Origin: an uncultured Pseudomonadales bacterium
GTDB taxonomy: Bacteria; Patescibacteriota; Microgenomatia; UBA1400; Chazhemtobacteraceae
Reading direction: 5' to 3'
NCBI GenBank assembly: GCA_964618725.1
Contig: CAZUBK010000001.1
Location: 132,908-196,907, forward strand
Length of the DNA: 64,000 nucleotides
Below the pieces are notes generated by a model. It did no database searches, had not been told where the DNA came from, and saw nothing but the letters and a program-made list of their open reading frames with translations. The position numbers and the translations under genes were made by a program. Numbering within the stretch: position 1 is the stretch's first letter; each line of letters opens with the position of its first letter. Shown piece by piece: positions 8,155-16,933 of the stretch.

Positions 8155-9492
8155 ATGACGAGGCTTATGGATCAGGCAATCAGGATAACCGGGGGTAGGG
8201 AACTTAACGGTGAGGTGGTGCCAATTCCCAACAAGAACTCGATTGTATCGGCTTTACCGGCGGCGATACTGACGGAAGAAGATGTGGTTTATGAGAATGT
8301 ACCTAAAACTTCAGATGTGGAGAAGATTCTTCAAATTATGGAACTACTTGGGGCATCGGTTGATTGGAGAGAAGATCGGGTGGTAATAAACTGTAGAGGC
8401 GTTAATTCATACAAAATAGACAAGACACTGGGGAGCCAATTTAGAGGGTCGCTTATGTTTGCCGGTCCATTGCTGGCACGTTTCGGAGAGGCTGAAATAC
8501 CGATGCCGGGGGGTTGTCTACTTGGATATCGGTCAAGTGCGGCGCACGTGGATGCGTTCGAGAAGGCAGGAGTGGACGTTACTTGTGATGGAGATAGTTT
8601 AAAGCTGAAACGGGGTAGAGCCAAGAGGCGACATCAAATCTGGCAATATGAGGCCAGTGTGACGGCGACAGAAAATATCGCCATGTATGCAGCGGGGATT
8701 GGGGATGAAATTGAGATTGTAGATGCCGCTGCAGAGCCACATGTAAGTGATGTCTTGAAGTTACTTGGTAAGATGGGGGCAACAATCGAGGGGACAGGAA
8801 CCAACAGGCTTAGAATTAAAGGAAACGCTAGATTGAAAGGGGCGGAGTTCACTCCCGGGATGGACTTTGTAGACATTGCCGGATATATGGCGGCAGTGGG
8901 GATGGCGGGAGGAAAAATACGAATTAAAGGGGCGAACGACTTTGAGCTAACGGGGGGCTTAAGAATCTGGTTCTCGGCATTTGGTTTAAATGTTGCCGAA
9001 GACGGAGAAGATTTGGTAGTAAAGAAGGATGGTGGATTAAGATACCGATATGATGAACTAGGCGTGCCAATGGCGGGACTGAGTCTACCGAAGCTGGCGC
9101 CTCGACCTTGGCCGGGATTTCCGGTGGATGTGATACCGGTAGTAGCGGCACTGGCGTGCAAAACTAGCGGTAAATTGCTATTACAGAACTGGATGTATGA
9201 GAGTGGGTTTGACTTTGTCAGAGAACTAAATGCCTTAGGGGCAGATATATTCATGGCCGATCCACAGAAAATAATAATCTCCGGTCCAGTTAACTTTAGG
9301 GGTGGTGAGGTTAGCCCGCCTCAGGTGATCCAAGCAGTTAAAGCAGTCTTTTTGGCAGCATTGGCTGACAACGTATCTACGACAATTCATGGTACGGATA
9401 TTTTGCGCCGCCGGTATCCGAATATCTTTGAGACATACAAGAGACTTGGAGCAGATATTGAGGTCGTGGGAGCACAGCCGGCAAAATTTTAA
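8155..9492 (+). CDS. murA: UDP-N-acetylglucosamine 1-carboxyvinyltransferase (MurA)
   Basis: EPSP-synthase-fold MurA hallmarks: 'ITGGRELNGEVVPIPNKNSIVSALPAAIL' and active-site loop with Cys 'MPGGCLLGYR'. Confidence 0.75.
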   Translation: MTRLMDQAIRITGGRELNGEVVPIPNKNSIVSALPAAILTEEDVVYENVPKTSDVEKILQIMELLGASVDWREDRVVINCRGVNSYKIDKTLGSQFRGSLMFAGPLLARFGEAEIPMPGGCLLGYRSSAAHVDAFEKAGVDVTCDGDSLKLKRGRAKRRHQIWQYEASVTATENIAMYAAGIGDEIEIVDAAAEPHVSDVLKLLGKMGATIEGTGTNRLRIKGNARLKGAEFTPGMDFVDIAGYMAAVGMAGGKIRIKGANDFELTGGLRIWFSAFGLNVAEDGEDLVVKKDGGLRYRYDELGVPMAGLSLPKLAPRPWPGFPVDVIPVVAALACKTSGKLLLQNWMYESGFDFVRELNALGADIFMADPQKIIISGPVNFRGGEVSPPQVIQAVKAVFLAALADNVSTTIHGTDILRRRYPNIFETYKRLGADIEVVGAQPAKF

Positions 9493-9842
9493 GAGGTGAA
9501 GACTTTGGGGAGAAAGACAACCAAACCAACTATTACGGCAGCAATGGTAGAAAGAAGTACCATGCCAGCAGCCGTATCCTTGGCGATTTTGGCGGCTAAA
9601 TGTTGATTAGGTGAAAGTAGATCAATGATCGATTCAAGGGCGGTGTTAAGCATCTCGGTGATTATTACTAAGACAATAGTGAAAAGGAGAACGAGCCACT
9701 CAAGCTGAGCCAGTTGAAAGTAAATTCCCAAGACGATGGCAACAATAGCAGCAATTAAGTGAATGCGAAAATTAGGTTGAGTTCTAAAGTTGTGGAGGAT
9801 TCCGTCTGAGGCGTGTTTGAAAGAAATATGATGCTTTTTCAT
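9489..9842 (-). CDS. dgkA: prokaryotic diacylglycerol kinase family protein (DgkA/undecaprenol kinase-like)
   Basis: 117 aa, 3 TM, 'HLIAAIVAIVLGIYF...VLVIITEMLNTALESIIDL' matches the DAGK_prokar family pattern. Immediately downstream of ftsI. Confidence 0.7.
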   Translation of the reverse strand: MKKHHISFKHASDGILHNFRTQPNFRIHLIAAIVAIVLGIYFQLAQLEWLVLLFTIVLVIITEMLNTALESIIDLLSPNQHLAAKIAKDTAAGMVLLSTIAAVIVGLVVFLPKVFTS

Positions 9843-9862
9843 GAGCTAAGTTTATCAGTTTG

Positions 9863-11593
9863 TCAATTCTCAAGTAGGAGAAACTGTTTAGCAATCTCAA
9901 ACCAGAGCGGGGCGGCTGTTTCCGATCCCCAAGGAGAGCTTTGAGGTTCTCGGAGAGTGACGAGCATGGTGAACTTAGGATTGCTGGCCGGAGCAAAACC
10001 AACAAAAGAAGCTATCGTTTTTTCTTCGTCATAATGGCCTTTAATGGGAATCTGAGCGGTGCCGGTCTTGCCAGCGATGGTGATGTTTTTGGGCTTGGCC
10101 CACTTGGCTTCACCGTCATTGACAGCGGCAATCATCATATCAGTAACCTTTTGAGACGTTTCAAGCGAGATTATTTGTTTATCAGCGGGACGCTTGATCG
10201 GAATAAAGATGGAGCCTTCCTGAATAGCCTGAACGAGATATGGACTGACTATTTTCCCCTTATTAGCAATAGCGTTAATCGCAGTGACAAGCTGAATTGG
10301 AGTGACGGCGATACCTTGGCCGAAGGAAATGGTCGCCAAGTCGGCTTCTTTCCAGTCTTTGGCGGGTCGAAGTGAACCTGGGACTTCTTCTTGTAAATCA
10401 ATGTTAGTGGAGTGACCAAAACCGAACTTATCAAGATACTCGCGGAAGTTGTCTGATCCAAGCTTTCTGGCGGCAAAGACCATACCGGTATTATCGGAAT
10501 GAATAATTGTTTCAGTCATTGTCGTGCCAGGATAATACTGATCATTCCAAGTCTTAATAGTGAATGAACCGATCTGAATCTGCCGGTCGCAGGTACTATC
10601 GCATTTAGTATCGGGTCCGATAGAGCCGGCATCGATGGCGGCGGCCATGACAAGGGGCTTGAAGACGCTGCCTGGTTCAAATAGATTGGCGACGGAGGGA
10701 TTTCTATAGCTATTAGTAGGGAAGAGATAGAAGAACCGGGGATCGTAACGAGGAAGGTTGGCCATGGATAGGACGGCTCCGGTCTTGGTTTCTAATATGA
10801 TGACACTGCCTTCAGAGGCGCCGTACTTAGCGAGTCCTTCAGCCAGAAGTCGTTCGGTTTGATACTGAAGGCTTCTATTAATAGTGGTGAGTAGATTGCG
10901 ACCATCTTGGGATTGGTAGTTGGCAAACTGGCCAATGAGGATAGGATTACCTAGCGCATCATTCTCCTGTTTAAGCAAGCCAGAACGACCTTCCAGCTGG
11001 CGTTCGTAATAGCCCTCAAGGCCAAAGTATCCCTGAGGATGCCCGTTGATATCATTACCGACAAAACCAAGAACGTGGGCGCTCATGGAGGCCTCAGGAT
11101 AAAAACGAATTGGTTGTTCTTGGAAGCCGAGACCTTCGATGCCAAGTTTCTCGATAGCGTCTTTTTGTGATCGAGAAAGATGGTTTTGTAAGGCGATCCA
11201 GGTTTTGTCTAGATTCATCCTTTCAAAGAGATGAGTCTTGATTTGATTCTCATAGTCGGTTTGTGGAATAACTCGGGAAGGATCGGTAGCGATTTGAGGC
11301 GAGGAAATGATAACGGGAAGGATGTCATTAATGACTGAGGCAGAGTCCCTTTTAAGTTTTGGTTTGTAAACAAAGAGCTGATAAGTATCCTCGATACCAG
11401 CCAGTAATCCTTGATCGGAGGCGAGAATGCTTCCTCTTTTAGCAGTAAGAGTCGCCGTAGATTGATATTGACTATTAGCTTTGCCACTTAGTTCAAAGCC
11501 CCGAATGATTTGCCAATAAAATAAACGGCTGATGATCAAGGCGCTAGAGATGGTGATTGCAAGTTGAGCGAGACGGAGGCGCTTTAATAGCAT
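9863..11593 (-). CDS. ftsI: penicillin-binding protein 2 / FtsI-type class B transpeptidase
   Basis: N-terminal TM, then SxxK 'GSVFKP', SxN 'HSDN', KTG 'AGKTGTAQI' motifs. Confidence 0.8.
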   Translation of the reverse strand: MLLKRLRLAQLAITISSALIISRLFYWQIIRGFELSGKANSQYQSTATLTAKRGSILASDQGLLAGIEDTYQLFVYKPKLKRDSASVINDILPVIISSPQIATDPSRVIPQTDYENQIKTHLFERMNLDKTWIALQNHLSRSQKDAIEKLGIEGLGFQEQPIRFYPEASMSAHVLGFVGNDINGHPQGYFGLEGYYERQLEGRSGLLKQENDALGNPILIGQFANYQSQDGRNLLTTINRSLQYQTERLLAEGLAKYGASEGSVIILETKTGAVLSMANLPRYDPRFFYLFPTNSYRNPSVANLFEPGSVFKPLVMAAAIDAGSIGPDTKCDSTCDRQIQIGSFTIKTWNDQYYPGTTMTETIIHSDNTGMVFAARKLGSDNFREYLDKFGFGHSTNIDLQEEVPGSLRPAKDWKEADLATISFGQGIAVTPIQLVTAINAIANKGKIVSPYLVQAIQEGSIFIPIKRPADKQIISLETSQKVTDMMIAAVNDGEAKWAKPKNITIAGKTGTAQIPIKGHYDEEKTIASFVGFAPASNPKFTMLVTLREPQSSPWGSETAAPLWFEIAKQFLLLEN

Positions 11594-11617
11594 AGACCCA
11601 TTGTAAGAGAAGTAGAA

Positions 11618-11917
11618 CTAACGTGGAAGTAAGGCGACAGGAGATGAGGAAGTGACAACAACAGGTTTATTAATTTTTTGGAAACCGTGAAGGCTGGCCT
11701 GCGATTCAATATAAGAAAGAGAACTTAACTGAGAGATCTGATTAGTTAAATGAGTATTCTCTTTTTGTAGGGAAAGAGTTTCCACACTTAGTTTTTCGAC
11801 TTCATGTCCACGAGTAGCTAAGAGATTACTGCCAATAAGATTAAAAACAGCAAGAAGCACAACAAGGCAGCCGGTGGCTTTAAGGCTTGGATGGATGTTT
11901 TTAATTCTGTTTATCAT
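11618..11917 (-). CDS. ftsL: FtsL-like cell-division protein
   Basis: 99 aa with a single TM (CLVVLLAVFNLIGSNLL) followed by a heptad coiled coil. Positioned between rsmH and ftsI as in dcw clusters. Confidence 0.55.
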   Translation of the reverse strand: MINRIKNIHPSLKATGCLVVLLAVFNLIGSNLLATRGHEVEKLSVETLSLQKENTHLTNQISQLSSLSYIESQASLHGFQKINKPVVVTSSSPVALLPR

Positions 11918-12831
11918 ATTTTTCTGGCTACGCGCATTTTGGCGCTAGTAGCTTTAGGATTTTGTTTATTTTCCTCTGGGGAGGCGGTTATCAGATCTTT
12001 GTTAACAATTTCAAGATTGAGATTGTCTTTGAAGAAATGTTTAACGATTCTGTCCTCTCCAGAATGGAAGCTGATCACAACAAGTGGGCTGCCGACTTCT
12101 AATGCGTTGACCACTTGGGGGAGAAGCTGTGTCAGACTGTGAAGCTCAAGATTAACGGCGATGCGTAAGGCCTGGAAGACTTTGGTGGCGGGATGGATTG
12201 AACTCTTGGGTTTAAGCTGGGTAATGAGGTTGGCCAATTGAGTGGTGGAAGTAAAGGGTCGAGTCTGGCGAGAAAGAACAATGGCTTTGGCAATTTTTGG
12301 AGCATAGGTTTCGTCGGCATAATCACGGAAGACTTGAATTAGTTGTTTTTCAGCAAGAGCGTTGAGTAAATCGGCGGCGGTGACGCCAAGGCGGCGATCC
12401 ATGCGCATATCAAGCGGCGCGTCGTATTGGAAACTGAAACCTCGCTCTGGGGTTAGAAGTTGATATGAGGAGATGCCGAGGTCAAAAAGGGCGCCGTTGA
12501 GATTAATTCCGATTAGATTTGGAAGAACTTGATCTAAAGTGGAAAAGTTTTGGTTGACGAGGATACAATCATAATCTGAAACATTTATTGGCTGATTTTC
12601 GTAAAGACATATCTTTACGCCTGGGCAGGCAGCGATAATGTTTTGCTTGGCTCTTTCGATGGCGACTTCATCTTGATCAAAGGCAAGAACTTTAGCCTTG
12701 GTCTTGAGAATGAGGATGGTGTGTCCTCCGTCGCCAAGCGTACCATCTAGATACCAGTGACCAAGCTTGGGTTTAAGATGATGTAAGACCTCTTTGGACA
12801 GGACGGGTTGGTGAACTATTTCGTTACTCAT
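11914..12831 (-). CDS. rsmH: 16S rRNA (cytosine1402-N4)-methyltransferase RsmH (MraW)
   Basis: 'HQPVLSKEVLHHL...YLDGTLGDGGHT' RsmH N-terminus. ATGA start/stop overlap with mraZ. Confidence 0.85.
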   Translation of the reverse strand: MSNEIVHQPVLSKEVLHHLKPKLGHWYLDGTLGDGGHTILILKTKAKVLAFDQDEVAIERAKQNIIAACPGVKICLYENQPINVSDYDCILVNQNFSTLDQVLPNLIGINLNGALFDLGISSYQLLTPERGFSFQYDAPLDMRMDRRLGVTAADLLNALAEKQLIQVFRDYADETYAPKIAKAIVLSRQTRPFTSTTQLANLITQLKPKSSIHPATKVFQALRIAVNLELHSLTQLLPQVVNALEVGSPLVVISFHSGEDRIVKHFFKDNLNLEIVNKDLITASPEENKQNPKATSAKMRVARKI

Positions 12832-13259
12832 ATGCCTAATTCAGAGACTTTCTCTTCAAGTGATTGTGTCTCTTGAGCTAATAAATCAAAGTGCTTATGG
12901 TAGCTATCACGGTCCCAGATCTCAATTCGAGTTAGGGCTCCGGCGACTACTATTTGTTTTGTCAGATTTGTCTGTTCGCGTAGGTAAGAAGGAATCAAAG
13001 TTCTCCCCTGTGAATCGAGATGAAGAAAGGCGGCTTCTTGCACTAAGAGTCGTGTAAAGGCTCGAGCTGAGGGATTGGTCAAGGGAAGTGAGGCCAGCTT
13101 CCTGGAAAGCTTTTTCCAGTAGAAGTCGGGAAAAAGAAAGAGGCAGCCATCCAGACCTCTGGTGATCACGCCACCAGATGCGAGTTTCTCGCGGAAGGGT
13201 TTGGGTATGGCGAGACGTCCCTTCTCTTCTAGTGTGTGGTAGTAACGGCCAATAAACAT
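12828..13259 (-). CDS. mraZ: transcriptional regulator MraZ
   Basis: 'MFIGRYYHTLEEKGRLAIPKPFREKL' and duplicated MraZ-type half-domains. First gene of the dcw operon. Confidence 0.8.
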   Translation of the reverse strand: MFIGRYYHTLEEKGRLAIPKPFREKLASGGVITRGLDGCLFLFPDFYWKKLSRKLASLPLTNPSARAFTRLLVQEAAFLHLDSQGRTLIPSYLREQTNLTKQIVVAGALTRIEIWDRDSYHKHFDLLAQETQSLEEKVSELGI

Positions 13260-13418
13260 AATTCATCGTTGGGCAGTTGATGATAGTGAAATTTATATAA
13301 GAGCTTGCTCGTGTCGCAAGAATAACTGGTGTTACTTTTCTTGCTTGACTGTGCTTCCTCTTATACTGTGCACGTAATTCGCTTTGCTATATTACGTGGC
13401 TTCAGTATAGAGGCTCTT

Positions 13419-13438
13419 TCACCACTTGTCACCACTTA
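13419..13438 (-). promoter_or_regulatory. candidate MraZ operator: direct repeat AAGTGGTGA(c)AAGTGGTGA about 160 bp upstream of mraZ
   Basis: Read on the minus strand; resembles GTGG(G/T) direct-repeat MraZ boxes known in other bacteria. Confidence 0.3.
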
Positions 13439-13534
13439 CTCTCAAGTTTAAAGATACAAAGTGACCATGTCAAGGGGGTATTTGAGATAGTTTTAGCTGT
13501 CTTTGAGCTAGATAAGTCGTATGTGAAAAGAAAA

Positions 13535-13557
13535 GCCCCACGTGGAAAACGTGGGGC
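13535..13557 (-). terminator. Rho-independent terminator of the 13642..14478 gene
   Basis: gccccacg-tggaaaa-cgtggggc hairpin followed on the minus strand by TTTTCTTTTC. Confidence 0.6.
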
Positions 13558-13641
13558 GAAGGGATTCTTACAAAATTAACTGCCAGAGTAGTGCCATTAA
13601 GGCCCAGATGAAGTTATTTTACCACCCTTTGTGGAAAACTG

Positions 13642-14478
13642 TTATTTCACTGGCACAATCGGGCCGACCATATAGAGGATACCTTCTTCCTTTTCTCCTT
13701 TTAGATCGTCACGGATAATGGTGACTTCCCGACTCCAGGGGGCGTGTTTTAGATCGATGATGAGATTACTGCCTTCTTTCTTGGCGGGGAGGGGCTTGTA
13801 AACGGTGCCGTCATAAAGAAGAGCTGAGGTAGCGTCGGGAGCGTAGATGGTGAGCGTGCCGGTGATTTTGTCTTTCTTGGTTGAGGTAATAGCGACGGGC
13901 TCTTGAGCAACTTCTTGTTCTATGCTACCCAAGAAACCATGGGTTTGGCCTATGATGAGCCCAGCGGTGGATTTGCTAGTTGGTGAGAACTTGAGTTTTT
14001 GGTCAGAGGTGGCAGTGTCGCCATCGACGAAAATGTAATTGCTTTTAAGGAGATGGAGTTCGTCGTTTACTTCAAGTTTTGTTTTAATGGTTCCGGTGGT
14101 GATGTCGGTATCAAAACTACACTTACCACCAGCAGAACAGCTACCCAAGAGAAAGGCTTGAGTGTAGGGGGAAGGAGCAGCAGCAGAAATGGAGGTACGG
14201 CCACCTTTAAGGGCGTTACCAGAGAGATATTCAATATCAACGGTGAGATCTGAAGCGGGGCGCTTATCAACCATAAGAGTGATTAGCTTGTTGGTGCTGT
14301 GGGGAAAGAGAGCAATAAAGGGACGATCCTTGAATGGGAGAGCGTTGATAATTTGGCGTTTACTGGGTGTTTCGGAAACGGATTTGGTCTTTGGCTTGAG
14401 AAAGAAGAAGTAAGAGGCAGCGGCAAGGACAGAAACAGACAAGACAGAAATAAGCGCGATCAGGGCAGGTTTTTTCAT
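13642..14478 (-). CDS. hypothetical secreted/membrane-anchored protein
   Basis: N-terminal hydrophobic signal/anchor (KKPALIALISVLSVSVLAAASYFFFL). 4 bp downstream of glyS, so likely co-transcribed. No recognisable domain. Confidence 0.4.
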   Translation of the reverse strand: MKKPALIALISVLSVSVLAAASYFFFLKPKTKSVSETPSKRQIINALPFKDRPFIALFPHSTNKLITLMVDKRPASDLTVDIEYLSGNALKGGRTSISAAAPSPYTQAFLLGSCSAGGKCSFDTDITTGTIKTKLEVNDELHLLKSNYIFVDGDTATSDQKLKFSPTSKSTAGLIIGQTHGFLGSIEQEVAQEPVAITSTKKDKITGTLTIYAPDATSALLYDGTVYKPLPAKKEGSNLIIDLKHAPWSREVTIIRDDLKGEKEEGILYMVGPIVPVK

Positions 14479-14482
14479 GTAT

Positions 14483-15853
14483 TTAGTCTAACTTACCTTT
14501 CAAATAGTTTTCAAGAGCCCCAATGGCGACTCTTTCTTGGCCAGCATTGTCGCGATCACGAATGGTGACGGTGTCGTCCTCGAGAGTTTGGAAATCAACA
14601 GTGATACAGAAGGGGGTACCGATCTCGTCTTGAGAGAAGTAGCGTTTGCCAATATTGCCGCGCTGGTCCCAATCGACGACGAAGTCGTCGTAGAGGAGGG
14701 AATGAACCTGGCGAGCTTTACCAATCAGCTCTTCTTTGTTGCTAAGAAGAGGAAAGATGGCGGCAGTATAAGGAGCCAACTTGTAGGGGAAGCGCATAAC
14801 GGTACGATTTTTGGTGGTATCTTCCCAGTAGGAGTTAATCAAGACAGTCGTTAGGGAGCGAGTGATACCAAAGGTTGGTTCAATGACGTGAGGAAGGTAT
14901 TTTTCACCGGTTTGGGGATCGGTGTAGGAGAGATCGACGCCTGACTTCTCCGAGTGGGTTCTCAGGTCATAGTTACCACGATAAGCCACGGCGAACCATT
15001 CTTTGAAACCGAAGGGGTATCTGTATTCAAGATCCTCGGTGCGAGAACTGTAGTGACTTAGTTCTTCTTTAGTATGGGGACGCCAACGAAGGTTCTCGTC
15101 TTGTATGCCGAGAAGATGAGCAAAGCGAGTGACTTCTTCCTTCCAGAACTCAAACCAGGTCTCCCATTCAGATTCTTTGACGAAGTATTCGAATTCGGCC
15201 AGATCAAATTCTAGAACGCGGAAGGTGAACTTACCCATGGTGACTTCGTTTCTAAAGACCTTACCGACTTGAGCCAGACCAAAGGGTAACTTGGGATGAA
15301 TTGAGTCAAGAATAAGCTTAAAGTCGGTAAACATGCCCTGAGCGGTCTCTCCTCTTAAATAAACTTTGTTCTTGTCGCCAGTGATGATGCCAACCTCGGT
15401 TTGAAAAAGCTGGTTGAAGCGGCGGGGCTTGGTCCAGTCGAGTTTACCGCAGCTGGGACACTTTATCTTCTCTTTTTGAATAATCTGATCCATCTCTTCT
15501 ATGGACTTGCCTTCAACCTTTATGTCCAAAGAATCTTCGATGAGATGATCGGCTCGGGTACGAAATTGACAGTTCTTACAGTCAATGAGGATGTCGGCAA
15601 AGCTTTGGACATGACCGGAGGCTTCCCAGATGGAGGGACTAGTGAGAATAGAGGTATCAAGGCCATAGATCTCGGGACGCTTGTTGACGAATTCCTTCCA
15701 CCAGAGATTGGTGATGTTTCTTTTGAGTTCGACACCACGGGGACCAAGGTCGTAGGTGTTGGCTAATCCGCCATAGATATCAGAACCGGGGTAAATAAAG
15801 CCACGACGCTTGGAGAGAGAAATTACTTTATCGAGAAGATCTGGAGTAGACAT
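14483..15853 (-). CDS. glyS: glycine--tRNA ligase, dimeric (alpha2, archaeal/eukaryotic-like) type
   Basis: 'RRGFIYPGSDIYGGLANTYDLGPRGVELKRNI' class II aaRS GlyRS2 N-terminus and C-terminal anticodon-binding domain. Confidence 0.8.
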   Translation of the reverse strand: MSTPDLLDKVISLSKRRGFIYPGSDIYGGLANTYDLGPRGVELKRNITNLWWKEFVNKRPEIYGLDTSILTSPSIWEASGHVQSFADILIDCKNCQFRTRADHLIEDSLDIKVEGKSIEEMDQIIQKEKIKCPSCGKLDWTKPRRFNQLFQTEVGIITGDKNKVYLRGETAQGMFTDFKLILDSIHPKLPFGLAQVGKVFRNEVTMGKFTFRVLEFDLAEFEYFVKESEWETWFEFWKEEVTRFAHLLGIQDENLRWRPHTKEELSHYSSRTEDLEYRYPFGFKEWFAVAYRGNYDLRTHSEKSGVDLSYTDPQTGEKYLPHVIEPTFGITRSLTTVLINSYWEDTTKNRTVMRFPYKLAPYTAAIFPLLSNKEELIGKARQVHSLLYDDFVVDWDQRGNIGKRYFSQDEIGTPFCITVDFQTLEDDTVTIRDRDNAGQERVAIGALENYLKGKLD

Positions 15854-15914
15854 GGCTATATTTTATCAAACGAATGTTAAATTAGATAACGTAGTTACAA
15901 AGTAAACCTATATA

Positions 15915-15944
15915 TTGACACAATTATAGTTATACATATATAAT
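15915..15944 (+). promoter_or_regulatory. sigma70-like promoter for the pspA-like gene (TTGACA - 18 nt - TATAAT)
   Basis: ttgaca at 15915-15920 and tataat at 15939-15944, about 60 nt upstream of ATG 16004. SD-like gagagga precedes the ATG. Confidence 0.5.
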
Positions 15945-16003
15945 GAGGATAGGTTCGACATGAGTCGAGCAAAAAAAAGAACATTGACGAGAGGAAAAAA
16001 TAA

Positions 16004-16768
16004 ATGTCCAAAGCTCTTGACGACCGTATCAATTTTCGCGATGTCTTTGCTTCTATGGGTAACAAGCTCAAGAACATTCTGGCGTCAACGATGACGCCGG
16101 AGGAAAAGCTTGAGCGGATTCTCATGGCAATGGCAAGAGACGTCCAGGAAAAACGCGCTACAGCGCGAAAGATCGGTACTCAGATGCGTGCGATGGCAGA
16201 TCCCGAGACTCCAGAGATGGAGCCACTGGAGATGTTACGCGCTCGCGAAGCGAGGCTGGTGGAGTTGGGCGGGAGTCTGTACACCCAGATGCAGGAAGCT
16301 GAGACAGCGGGTCATCCGCGCGAAACATCCAACATCAAGGTTCGTATGGGCCAGGTAGCCCAGGAACTGACGGGTCTACGTGAGGGAATGCTGGCAACCC
16401 AGCAGTCTACTTATGAGACCTTGGTTTCATCCTATGAAATCGCGATGCAGTCGCTTTCTCAAGTAGAAGCGGCATATCAGACCGCTAGGGCCAATGGCCC
16501 AGCAATGCTCACGGCTCTCCGGGCTCATGAGGAAGCGATGGCGCTTCGCAAAGAAGCCCAGGCGGGTTCGGGATCACCGGACATGAAATTCATGGATGAT
16601 CTGGCTGCCGAGCTGTCTGCCGCTAAGGCAGAAATGCGCGCCGATCAGGCGATTGACGAAGATCTTAATGCCATGAATCCAACCGTCGATAAGATGCTTG
16701 CTGACCTTGATCAGGAAGCGGTGGACGCCAATGTGATGGCCGAATTCGAGGCCGCCTCTAAGAAGTAG
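16004..16768 (+). CDS. pspA: PspA/IM30/Vipp1-family (ESCRT-III-like) membrane-stress/remodelling protein
   Basis: Wholly alpha-helical 254 aa. N-terminal 'INFRDVFASMGNKLKNILASTMTPEEKLERILMAMARDV' aligns with E. coli PspA '[39 protein letters not shown]'. C-terminal 'FMDDLAAELSAAKAEM' resembles PspA '[24 protein letters not shown]'. GC and codon usage differ from neighbours. Confidence 0.6.
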   Translation: MSKALDDRINFRDVFASMGNKLKNILASTMTPEEKLERILMAMARDVQEKRATARKIGTQMRAMADPETPEMEPLEMLRAREARLVELGGSLYTQMQEAETAGHPRETSNIKVRMGQVAQELTGLREGMLATQQSTYETLVSSYEIAMQSLSQVEAAYQTARANGPAMLTALRAHEEAMALRKEAQAGSGSPDMKFMDDLAAELSAAKAEMRADQAIDEDLNAMNPTVDKMLADLDQEAVDANVMAEFEAASKK

Positions 16769-16781
16769 TCTATGATTGTTG

Positions 16782-16826
16782 GGGTGGGAATTGGGATGCT
16801 CCCGAGTCCCACCCTTTTTCTTTTTT
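16782..16826 (+). terminator. Rho-independent terminator after pspA-like gene
   Basis: gggtggga...(inner ggga-tgc-tccc)...tcccaccc two-tier hairpin followed by TTTTTCTTTTTT. Confidence 0.6.
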
Positions 16827-16933
16827 AAAAGAGTGGAAGATATCGTCTGGTGTGTTACCAGGCCTGAAGACGTCGAAAGACAGAAATATCTTCAGAAGAA
16901 GAACTTTAAAATTTCTAAGCAGAAGAGGAAAAG

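Noticed and set aside
8634-9254. 206-aa minus-strand ORF inside murA (and similar antisense ORFs inside murD 7000..7572, ftsI 9941..10375, murE 4367..5346, glyS 14537..14854, the 1027-aa gene 18196..19924)
   Set aside because: All lie antisense to genes with strong family signatures and translate to Ser/Pro/Ala-rich low-complexity peptides typical of antisense frames of coding DNA.
13260-13641. tRNA or other structured RNA gene in the long mraZ leader
   Set aside because: No GTTCGAATC/GTTCAAATC T-loop-like motif or cloverleaf-compatible inverted repeats seen. The only strong hairpin is explained as the terminator of the upstream gene.
15854-16125. Possible T-box leader upstream of glyS and the 76-aa ORF 15895..16125
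   Set aside because: Searched the 150-bp region (and its complement) for the conserved T-box sequence (AATTAGGGTGGNACCGCG-like) and found nothing resembling it. The region is better explained as a divergent promoter for the pspA-like gene, and the 76-aa ORF overlaps the pspA start on the wrong strand.
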